A stretch of 64,000 nt of DNA. Source: Opitutia bacterium (GTDB lineage: Bacteria > Verrucomicrobiota > Verrucomicrobiia > Opitutales > Opitutaceae). Shown here piece after piece: positions 56,874 to 64,000 of the stretch; position 1 is the first letter of the stretch; each line of letters begins with the position of its first letter. The notes beneath the pieces are model-generated. The model ran no database searches and was not told the origin of the DNA. It saw only the letters and a program-made list of their open reading frames with translations. The translations under genes and the position numbers were made by a program. The stretch covers positions 5,812 through 69,811 of the forward strand of contig CANFSZ010000005.1 of the NCBI GenBank assembly GCA_947449835.1, given 5' to 3'.

Positions 56874-58718
56874 ATGCGAGCTCTACGACTTTCTATTTTA
56901 TCCGCCTTTGTTGTTTTGGGTTCGGTGCTGGGCTTTGCGCAGGACGGGCCCGCGGTGCTGGCGGAGGTGCGGGTATTCTCGGATCGAATCGCTAATCAGG
57001 CCTCGGCGGGGTCCTTCGCCATGCCGGTCTCGGCGTTGCGTTTTGAACCGCAGGTCGATGTGCAGACGCGTAATCTCGGTGAGGCGCAAGCCGACCTCAC
57101 CATCCGTGGCGGCACGTTTGAATCGGTTGGCGTTAAATTAGGCGGCATCTCTTTGAGCGATCCACAAACGGGTCACTACCTGGCCGAAATCCCCGTCGCT
57201 CTCGACATGTTGGCCACTTCGAAAATTGTTACGGGCGCGGCCCTTGCCTTGGCCGCGACCAATGCGACCTCGGGTGCGGTCGCTTACACGTGGCGACCCA
57301 TTACGGCAGGAGGAGTGGCGCAGGTGACGATTGGTGACGGGCAACTTTTCAGCACTACATGGTATCAAGCGATGGTCGCGCCCGCGCGATTTGGGCAAAC
57401 CCGACTTGGCGCCGATGTTGCACTCGCGCACTCAACCAGCGAGGGACTATTGCCGGATGCGGACCATGCATTTGCCCGGGTCAATGTACGGTTGCAGGCC
57501 GTCAGCTCTGCGAGCCAAACAGATGTTTTTGCTGGGTACCAAAGTAAGCAGTTTGGTTGGCGGAATTTGTACACGCCATTCCAGTCTCCGGAATCTGAAA
57601 ACCTGCAAACATTGCTCTTTGCGCTAAATCATCGCGCAGGTTTGCCAGGCGGTGATTATTTAGAGTCAGCGGTTTTTTATCGGCGCAACAAAGATGACTA
57701 CGCCTACAATCGTTACGCTGCGCTGAGCGCGATTCATCCCTTTCAACATACGACGTGGCTGAGCGGGGCGGCGCTTTCAGGGCGACGCACCATGGATGAC
57801 TTTGTGGCTGATTTTCGCGCTGAACTGTGGGCGGACGAAATTGAATCCACTTCGCTGCTCTTTGGCCGTTATCAGACACGCACGTTGGCCAAGGCCTCAC
57901 TCGCCGCGGAGAAATTTTGGATGACGGGTCGCGCGGGACGCGTATCGGCCAAAGTGGGCGCCACTTTGGATGATTCAAATCGTTTTTTATCAGCGGTTTC
58001 TCCTGTAATCGAGTTGGCGCGTGAATGGAGCGCTGCTGCGGTGTCGCGCTTGTGGTTGAGTTTTTCAAGGGCCACGCAGGTGCCGAGTTATACGGCGCTC
58101 AATTCGAATCCTAGCGCCGGTCTATTTCGTGGTAACGCTGCGCTTGGGCGTGAGCGTACGGCTAACTTCGAGTTGGGTATCTCTGGTGGTCGCGCGGGTT
58201 GGACGGGCGACGCCGTTCTTTTTTACCGGGCCGATTCCGATTTAGTCGATTGGACTTATCGCCGGGGCGTTACGGCTCGCTCGGCCAATGCCGTAAACTT
58301 GGCCACTTCCGGTTTGGAGTTGGTGGCGCGGCGAAGTTGGGCGCAGGCGGATGTGATCATCGGATTCAACGCCCTAGCGAAAACCGCTGATTATCGCGGT
58401 GCGGCGATTGACGCCAGTTTCTATGCGTTGAATTACGCGCGGTATCGCCTAACGGCAGCCCTCGTTTACCGCTTCAATCGTGAATGGGAATTACGCCTCG
58501 ATAATGCCGCGCGCCTGCAAGCGGACAACGCGCTTCGGCTCATTGGCGGGGATGAAACGTTGATCAGCTCATGCGGCATATCGTACCGCCCGCGTGCGTT
58601 TGCGCACACGCGCGTGACGTTGAGAGCGGATAATGTCTGGAATAGTAATTATCAAGAAGTGCCAGCGGTCACGGCGGCCCCACGGCTTATTTCAATCGCG
58701 CTGACGTACGGTTGGTGA
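56874..58718 (+). CDS. TonB-dependent outer-membrane receptor
   Basis: Signal peptide from ATG 56874. Plug-domain blocks (DLTIRGGTFESVGVKLGG). Beta-barrel ending in an aromatic residue (LTYGW). Confidence 0.82.
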   Translation: MRALRLSILSAFVVLGSVLGFAQDGPAVLAEVRVFSDRIANQASAGSFAMPVSALRFEPQVDVQTRNLGEAQADLTIRGGTFESVGVKLGGISLSDPQTGHYLAEIPVALDMLATSKIVTGAALALAATNATSGAVAYTWRPITAGGVAQVTIGDGQLFSTTWYQAMVAPARFGQTRLGADVALAHSTSEGLLPDADHAFARVNVRLQAVSSASQTDVFAGYQSKQFGWRNLYTPFQSPESENLQTLLFALNHRAGLPGGDYLESAVFYRRNKDDYAYNRYAALSAIHPFQHTTWLSGAALSGRRTMDDFVADFRAELWADEIESTSLLFGRYQTRTLAKASLAAEKFWMTGRAGRVSAKVGATLDDSNRFLSAVSPVIELAREWSAAAVSRLWLSFSRATQVPSYTALNSNPSAGLFRGNAALGRERTANFELGISGGRAGWTGDAVLFYRADSDLVDWTYRRGVTARSANAVNLATSGLELVARRSWAQADVIIGFNALAKTADYRGAAIDASFYALNYARYRLTAALVYRFNREWELRLDNAARLQADNALRLIGGDETLISSCGISYRPRAFAHTRVTLRADNVWNSNYQEVPAVTAAPRLISIALTYGW

Positions 58719-58763
58719 GCGAGTCGATTTGACATCCGGCGCGGTGCGGAGTGTCTGCGTGAC

Positions 58764-60833
58764 ATGCGCAATCATCCGTTCTTGGACGCCGCTTTCTTGC
58801 CTGCTTGGTCGACCCTACAAGCGGAACATATCGTGCCGGACATCACGTTGGCGGTTGAACGAGCCGAGGCGGCGATTGCGGCGATCGCTGGCAGTGATCT
58901 CACCCAGTTGACATATGCTTCAACGTTTCTGGCCCTCGAGCGCGCGACGGAGGAACTAAATGTGGCCTGGGCCAAGGTGGGACATTTGCAAACGGTGGCT
59001 GATGCCGCGCCCTTGCGTGAAGCCTACAACGTGATGTTGCCCAAAGTTTCGGCCTTTTACGCCGGTATCCCGCTCAATTCGGCGCTGTGGCAACGACTCC
59101 GCACGTTTGCCGAGACACCGGAGGCGCGTGCGCTTACGGGCGTTCACCGCCGCTTGGTCGACGAAACGTTGGCTGATTTTCGCCAAGCCGGAGCGGATCT
59201 GCCGGCGGCACCGCGCGCCCGCCTCGAGGCCATTCAAGCGGAGTTGGCTCAACTCACGCAGCGCTATGCGGAAAACGTGCTCGATGCGACCAACGCGTGG
59301 CAACTTGTGGTGGACGACGAACGGCGCCTAGTCGGCTTGCCGGCTCACGCGATCGCCGCAGCGCGGCGCAATGCGACGGAAAAAAATCTCGGGTCCGAGG
59401 CGTGCCCCCGGTGGCGTTTTACGCTGCATATGCCTTCGCAGGAGCCGTTCATGACGTATTTGGCAGATGCTGATTTAAGACGAGAAATGTGGACCGCGGC
59501 GGCGGCCGTCGGAACACAAGCGCCGCATGATAATACGGAGCTGGTGACACGTATTCTGGCCTTGCGCGCCGAAAAAGCGGCGGTGCTCGGGCAGACGCAT
59601 TTTGCGGATCTCGTATTGGCGCGTCGCATGGCCAAGACCGGAGCGCGTGCGTTGGCTTTTCTCGCAGATTTTCAACAGCGCGCCGGACTCGCGTTTGCCC
59701 GAGAAAATCGCGAGCTGGAAGAGTTCAAGGCGCGGCAAACGCATGCAACGAGCGTCGCGCCGCTGGCGCCCTGGGAGCTCGCATTTTGGTCGGAGCGGCT
59801 GCGGCGTGAACGTTACGCGTTGGATGAAGAAATTTTGCGGCCCTATTTTCCGGTCGAGCGGGTGATCGCGGGATTGTTTGAATTGGTGCAGCGCATTTTT
59901 GGTTTTAGCGTCCAAGAGCGCGCCGTGGGTGCGGTGGAAACTTGGCATCATGAAGTAAAATTTTATGAGATGCACGATCGGCGCGGGTGCCACGTGGGAT
60001 CTTTTTATGCTGATTGGCATCCCCGTGAGTCCAAGCGCGGCGGTGCGTGGATGGGTTATTTGATCACCGGCGGGCCCACGGCTCAAGGCGGTCGAGCTCC
60101 GCACCTCGGCTATATTTGTGGTAATCTCACGCCGCCGGCGGCAGATCGGCCTGCGCTTTTAACGCACCGCGAGGTGGAGACGGTCTTTCATGAATTTGGC
60201 CATTTGCTGCATCACTTGTTGGGCGAGGTGGAAATCAAGTCGCTCAACGGCGTGAACGTGGCTTGGGATTTCGTGGAACTGCCTTCGCAGATCATGGAAA
60301 ATTGGTGCTGGGAGCGCGCGAGCCTAGATCTCTTTGCGCGGCACTACGAAACCGGGGCGACGATTCCCGAGGAGATTTTTAAAAAAATGACTGCCGCCAA
60401 AAAATTTCGCGCCGCGTGTGCGACAATGCGGCAGGTGGCCTTTGCTAAAATGGATCTGCTCCTGCACATGCGGTCGGGTGGCTGGCCCCATGAAGCTGAC
60501 CTTGAATCTACGGCACGCGCTTTGGTCGCGGAGTGTCTCGTGCCGACGGTGCCGCCGGCGCCCACGATTTTAAAACGCTTCAATCATCTGTTTTCAGACC
60601 CCGTCGGTTACGCCGCCGGTTACTATTCCTACAAGTGGGCGGAGGTGCTCGATGCCGACGCGTTTTCGCGTTTCAAAAAAGAAGGCCTATTCAACGCGCA
60701 CGTAGGCCAAGAGTTCGTGGAGAAAATCCTGAGCCGCGGAAATTCAGCGGATCCACTGGAATTATTTAGATCGTTCATGGGACGCGATCCGGATGTCGCG
60801 GCGCTGTTGGAGCGGAGTGGTTTGGCGAGTTGA
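58764..60833 (+). CDS. M3 family metallopeptidase (oligopeptidase A / Dcp-like)
   Basis: HEFGH zinc motif. 689 aa, a typical M3A length. Confidence 0.88.
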   Translation: MRNHPFLDAAFLPAWSTLQAEHIVPDITLAVERAEAAIAAIAGSDLTQLTYASTFLALERATEELNVAWAKVGHLQTVADAAPLREAYNVMLPKVSAFYAGIPLNSALWQRLRTFAETPEARALTGVHRRLVDETLADFRQAGADLPAAPRARLEAIQAELAQLTQRYAENVLDATNAWQLVVDDERRLVGLPAHAIAAARRNATEKNLGSEACPRWRFTLHMPSQEPFMTYLADADLRREMWTAAAAVGTQAPHDNTELVTRILALRAEKAAVLGQTHFADLVLARRMAKTGARALAFLADFQQRAGLAFARENRELEEFKARQTHATSVAPLAPWELAFWSERLRRERYALDEEILRPYFPVERVIAGLFELVQRIFGFSVQERAVGAVETWHHEVKFYEMHDRRGCHVGSFYADWHPRESKRGGAWMGYLITGGPTAQGGRAPHLGYICGNLTPPAADRPALLTHREVETVFHEFGHLLHHLLGEVEIKSLNGVNVAWDFVELPSQIMENWCWERASLDLFARHYETGATIPEEIFKKMTAAKKFRAACATMRQVAFAKMDLLLHMRSGGWPHEADLESTARALVAECLVPTVPPAPTILKRFNHLFSDPVGYAAGYYSYKWAEVLDADAFSRFKKEGLFNAHVGQEFVEKILSRGNSADPLELFRSFMGRDPDVAALLERSGLAS

Positions 60834-60884
60834 CGGTAAAAAAGGTTCGCGCCCGACGCGGTGCTCGCGCAACACATCCGCACC

Positions 60885-61337
60885 ATGATTATCGCTGATC
60901 TCGCCAAGCTTCCTGGAGGTACTTTTCCCGCTCGTCGTTGGGGCCGCGGCCTCGTTGGCCAACTCGGCCAGCCGATCGCCGCCAAAGGTTTTTCCATGGG
61001 CTATTCTATTCTCGAGCCGCGGGGCGGCCAAGTGCCGTGGCACAACCAAGAGCAGGAAGAAGTTTACTTCATCGTCCAAGGCGAAGGTGAGATTTGCGTC
61101 GGCACGGAGCGCAGCCCGATCAAAGCCGGGCAGGCGGTTTTCATGCCGCCGACGGTTTTTCACCAACTGACGAACACCGGCGATGAACCGATGCACATGA
61201 TTTATGTGTATTGCCCCGGTGGCGATGTCGCGCACTGGCGCCAAGAGCTCAACGGCACGTTGCCCAAAGCGGGCGAGGGTGTGATCCCGCCGTTGCCCGA
61301 AGGCGCGCGGCCTCAGTGCACCAAGAAACCTGAGTGA
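60885..61337 (+). CDS. Cupin domain protein
   Basis: Cupin motifs WHNQEQEEVYFIVQGEG and FHQLTNTGDEPMHMIYV. ATG 60885 preferred over the GTG at 60861. Confidence 0.75.
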   Translation: MIIADLAKLPGGTFPARRWGRGLVGQLGQPIAAKGFSMGYSILEPRGGQVPWHNQEQEEVYFIVQGEGEICVGTERSPIKAGQAVFMPPTVFHQLTNTGDEPMHMIYVYCPGGDVAHWRQELNGTLPKAGEGVIPPLPEGARPQCTKKPE

Positions 61338-61368
61338 TTTGTATACTGTTCGTCCGGTTTCAGTGGCG

Positions 61369-62130
61369 TTATCCGCGCCATTGACTGGGCGTGCGGCCCG
61401 TTTGCTGCCGAAACCAGCGGCTAAAATAATTGGGATCTTCGAAGCCTGTCTTCGTTGCTGCTTCGGCTACGCTTGAGCTCGAACGCAGCGCGCTTTGGGC
61501 TTCTGCCAGTCGCACTCGATGGCGCAGCGCGCGCAGCCCGAGACCGGATTCGCGTTTTAGTTTTCGGCTCAAGTGATCCGGGTGATAACCAAGATCCCGT
61601 GAGATTTTGCCGAGACGAGCCGGCCGGCGTACGTGTTCGCTCAGTTTTTCGAAGAGCGTGGGGGTGGATTTTGGCTCAGCTGGAGAGTGGGCGAGTAGCC
61701 GAGCGACGACGGATAATATGGCGGGATAATCTCCGAGTGTAAGACGCCCCTTGCGAGGGACGCGGGCGAGTTGGGCGTGCAGTTCGTTGAGGGTCGCAGG
61801 GGATAACGTACGATGGGCGGCTCGCACTCGACCGGAATCTTCGAGTTCGAAATCCAAGACCAAACATAACGGGCGGCTGCGGCCTGCGACCGAAAAACCA
61901 TGAGCAGTGCCGGCGGGAATCACAAAGAGATCGCCGGCCCGCGCGCGGCGCCGTCGGCCTTTTACGGTTTGCACGCCCTCGCCCGAAAGATAAAGAATTA
62001 GCTGAGCGTATTCATGACTGTGGAGCGCGACTTCCGCGTCGCGGTGCCGGTTTAATTGGAGTTTCCGCAGAACGAAATCCAGCGCGTGAATTTCGATTTT
62101 TTGAACTAGAAGCGGTTGCCAGGCCAACAT
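61369..62130 (-). CDS. AraC family transcriptional regulator (cupin N-terminus plus HTH)
   Basis: C-terminal AraC HTH (AEAATKTGFEDPNYFSRWFRQQTGRTPSQWR). Divergent from the oxidoreductase gene. Confidence 0.88.
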   Translation of the reverse strand: MLAWQPLLVQKIEIHALDFVLRKLQLNRHRDAEVALHSHEYAQLILYLSGEGVQTVKGRRRRARAGDLFVIPAGTAHGFSVAGRSRPLCLVLDFELEDSGRVRAAHRTLSPATLNELHAQLARVPRKGRLTLGDYPAILSVVARLLAHSPAEPKSTPTLFEKLSEHVRRPARLGKISRDLGYHPDHLSRKLKRESGLGLRALRHRVRLAEAQSALRSSSSVAEAATKTGFEDPNYFSRWFRQQTGRTPSQWRG

Positions 62131-62237
62131 AAGATCAGTTTCGTGCTATCAAAAGTCGGTTCCGTACTAACGCAAGTGCGGGCTTTGGGCTAAAGTCATG
62201 TCCTCCCCGCAAATTAACACTTCTGAGCAAACACTCC

Positions 62238-63386
62238 ATGACCACGCATAAAGTCGGTATTATCATGAACGGCGTCACCGGACGCATGGGCACCAATCAG
62301 CATTTGCTGCGCTCCATCAAAGCCATTATCGATCAGGGCGGTATCAAGCTCGGTGATTCTGAAGTGATCATGCCCGATCCGATTTTGATCGGTCGCAGCG
62401 AAAGCAAGCTCGCGGCGCTCGCCGCGCGGGCGGGGGTGAAACGTTATTCAACCAATCTCGACGCGGCGTTGGCCGATGCGGGTAACCAGGTTTATTTTGA
62501 TGCGACCCTGACCGGTCAGCGTCCGGTCGGCGTGCGCAAGGCGATCGCGGCCAAGAAACACATCTACTGCGAGAAACCCTCGGCGACGACCTCCGCTGAA
62601 GCATTGGCGCTTTACAACGAAGTCACAGCTGCCGGGCTCAAGAATGGCGTCGTGCAAGACAAGCTCTGGCTGCCGGGCTTGTTGAAACTCAAGTATCTCA
62701 TTGATACGGGATTTTTTGGAAAAATTCTCTCGGTCCGCGGTGAATTCGGCTACTGGGTTTTCACAGGCGAGAACGATAAGTTGCAGCGTCCTTCCTGGAA
62801 TTACCGCAAGGAAGATGACGGCGGCATCATCGTAGATATGCTCTGCCACTGGCAGTATGTGATCCAAAATCTTTTCGGCGAAGTGAAGTCGGTCTCCTGC
62901 CTTGGCGCCACGCACATTCCGCAGCGTTGGGATGAAGCGGGTAAACCCTACAAGTGCACGGCGGACGATTCGGCTTACGCCACTTTCGAACTCACCAATG
63001 GAGTGATTTGTAATTTCAACTCGTCCTGGGCGGTTCGCGTGCGCCGTGATGATTTGCTGACACTCCAAGTCGACGGGACCAACGGCAGCGCGGTGGCCGG
63101 TTTGCGCAACTGCGTGATCCAGCATGGTTCGATGACGCCGCGTTGCGTGTGGAGCCCGGATACCGACAGCCCGATCAAATATATGGACGGTTGGGTAACG
63201 CAGCCGACCAACGACGTTTTCGACAACGCGTTCAAAGTGCAGTGGGAGCTGTTCCTCAAGCACGTGGTCAAAGGCGATCCGTTCCCGTGGAATCTCTTGC
63301 AGGGCGCGAAGGGCGTACAACTCGCCGAGATCGGCCTCAAGTCGTGGGCCGAGCGCCGCTGGCTCGACGTGCCGAAACTCGGCTAA
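62238..63386 (+). CDS. Gfo/Idh/MocA family oxidoreductase
   Basis: Rossmann N-terminus VGIIMNGVTGRMG and EKP motif (YCEKPSA). Confidence 0.85.
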   Translation: MTTHKVGIIMNGVTGRMGTNQHLLRSIKAIIDQGGIKLGDSEVIMPDPILIGRSESKLAALAARAGVKRYSTNLDAALADAGNQVYFDATLTGQRPVGVRKAIAAKKHIYCEKPSATTSAEALALYNEVTAAGLKNGVVQDKLWLPGLLKLKYLIDTGFFGKILSVRGEFGYWVFTGENDKLQRPSWNYRKEDDGGIIVDMLCHWQYVIQNLFGEVKSVSCLGATHIPQRWDEAGKPYKCTADDSAYATFELTNGVICNFNSSWAVRVRRDDLLTLQVDGTNGSAVAGLRNCVIQHGSMTPRCVWSPDTDSPIKYMDGWVTQPTNDVFDNAFKVQWELFLKHVVKGDPFPWNLLQGAKGVQLAEIGLKSWAERRWLDVPKLG

Positions 63387-63423
63387 AATCTCGCTGGGCA
63401 ATTTCCCCCCGGTTCATTTAACG

Positions 63424-63453
63424 AGTCGGATCCGATGTGGATCCGACTTTTTT
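63424..63453 (+). terminator. Rho-independent terminator after the oxidoreductase gene
   Basis: agtcggatcc-gatgt-ggatccgact perfect 10-bp stem followed by a T6 run. Confidence 0.85.
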
Positions 63454-63463
63454 ATGCCTAGCC

Positions 63464-64000
63464 TCAACGGGCGACTAAATCAGGAACGATTTTGGGATCA
63501 CTGAAATCGGGCAGTGTTTCCTCGAGAATGGAGCTGATGCGCTCTTTTTCGTCGGCCGGTAAATAGGCGTAGCGATCAGATGGGTCACGTGAGGTAAGAG
63601 CTGTTTTGAGACGTTCAAAAATTCTTGATTTTAGACCGGGCGGAAGATCGTGAAACGCTTCTGAGTAGATGAGAAAACTGCAGCGTTGCGCGAAGATACG
63701 GTCGGTGAGTTGGAGATCGCGCAACGCGTGGCCGGCGCGACTGCGGGGAGCGTTTGGTGCGAAGCCGGCGATAAAAACCGGATCGGCTATGATGCCCGCC
63801 GGCAACGGCGCAGCATTGCGGAAGAGGAGGTGATCGACAACGTCTTGGACCGCGCCGGCAAAGACACTGCGGACGCTATCGTATGCGGGGGCATCGGTCT
63901 GTGGTTCGTGGAAAGCGGTTTGTAGACCGTGCTGGTAATCGATGATACGGCGAACGGCGAACGCGGCGTGCGTCAGGCTGTTTTGGACCGACATTTGGTG
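63464..64000 (-). CDS. Hypothetical protein, probably 5'-truncated by the window edge
   Basis: The frame stays open to position 64000 upstream of the first Met (63994). No family recognised (…RCSFLIYSEAFHDLPPGLKSRIFERL…). Confidence 0.5.
   Translation of the reverse strand, partial: HQMSVQNSLTHAAFAVRRIIDYQHGLQTAFHEPQTDAPAYDSVRSVFAGAVQDVVDHLLFRNAAPLPAGIIADPVFIAGFAPNAPRSRAGHALRDLQLTDRIFAQRCSFLIYSEAFHDLPPGLKSRIFERLKTALTSRDPSDRYAYLPADEKERISSILEETLPDFSDPKIVPDLVAR

Noticed and set aside
1-64000. Search by eye for rRNA, tRNA, CRISPR repeats, IS or transposase and integrase genes, large direct or tandem repeats, and in-frame TGA (selenocysteine-type) gene splits
   Set aside because: None found. The intergenic regions are short, apart from those discussed in the findings. 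Small ncRNAs cannot be excluded without covariance-model scans.

Overview
Dense, high-GC chromosomal segment. Hand counts give about 60% G+C in typical coding stretches. It most likely comes from a Verrucomicrobia/PVC-superphylum bacterium. That is an inference from two PVC-type CxxCH heme-binding 'membrane-bound dehydrogenase' proteins, Gfo/Idh/MocA partner genes and a TAT-signal NIPSNAP protein. I call about 59 protein genes. I saw no rRNA, tRNA, CRISPR array, transposase or integrase. All family assignments rest on motif recognition from the translations; no searches were run.

Content, left to right:
- ubiE, an HU/IHF-like gene and hisS.
- A 1-kb AT-rich islet carrying a RelE/ParE-type toxin and an AbrB-like antitoxin.
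- An orphan ABC ATPase, a Gfo/Idh/MocA oxidoreductase and PVC heme protein 1.
- surE, pnp, rpsO and a DUF721 gene.
- An LPS-core/glycan cluster: three GT2 genes, a GT9 gene, a SAM methyltransferase, a stand-alone APS kinase and an MsbA-like exporter.
- A peptide-scavenging locus: OppB/OppC-like permeases, three family-5 binding proteins, an M28 aminopeptidase and PVC heme protein 2. No Opp ATPases are present.
- Small housekeeping and unknown genes: Nudix, metallophosphoesterase, YhcH, rlmJ, GMC dehydrogenase plus small subunit, MFS, Hsp20, MazG, DUF5069, mog, gluQ, LOG, a second Nudix, lctP and NIPSNAP.
- A lower-GC patch with an SLT-like protein and a FecR-domain gene.
- HAD hydrolase, prfA, prmC, an S41 protease, a rhomboid-like protein, ferredoxin, a TonB-dependent receptor, an M3 peptidase, a cupin, an AraC regulator, a second Gfo/Idh/MocA gene and a partial ORF at the right edge.

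Most of the window is ordinary core genome. Two linked observations stand out:
1. The FecR-domain/Ala-rich gene (48757-49920) stays in one frame but carries one TAA and three TAG codons in frame.
2. None of the other 58 CDS ends in TAG (27 TAA, 31 TGA by direct inspection), although a canonical RF1 gene is present.

Lesser points are a rhomboid homologue lacking the catalytic Ser, the TA islet abutting a permease-less ABC ATPase, and a terminator-like hairpin inside a 450-nt divergent intergenic region.
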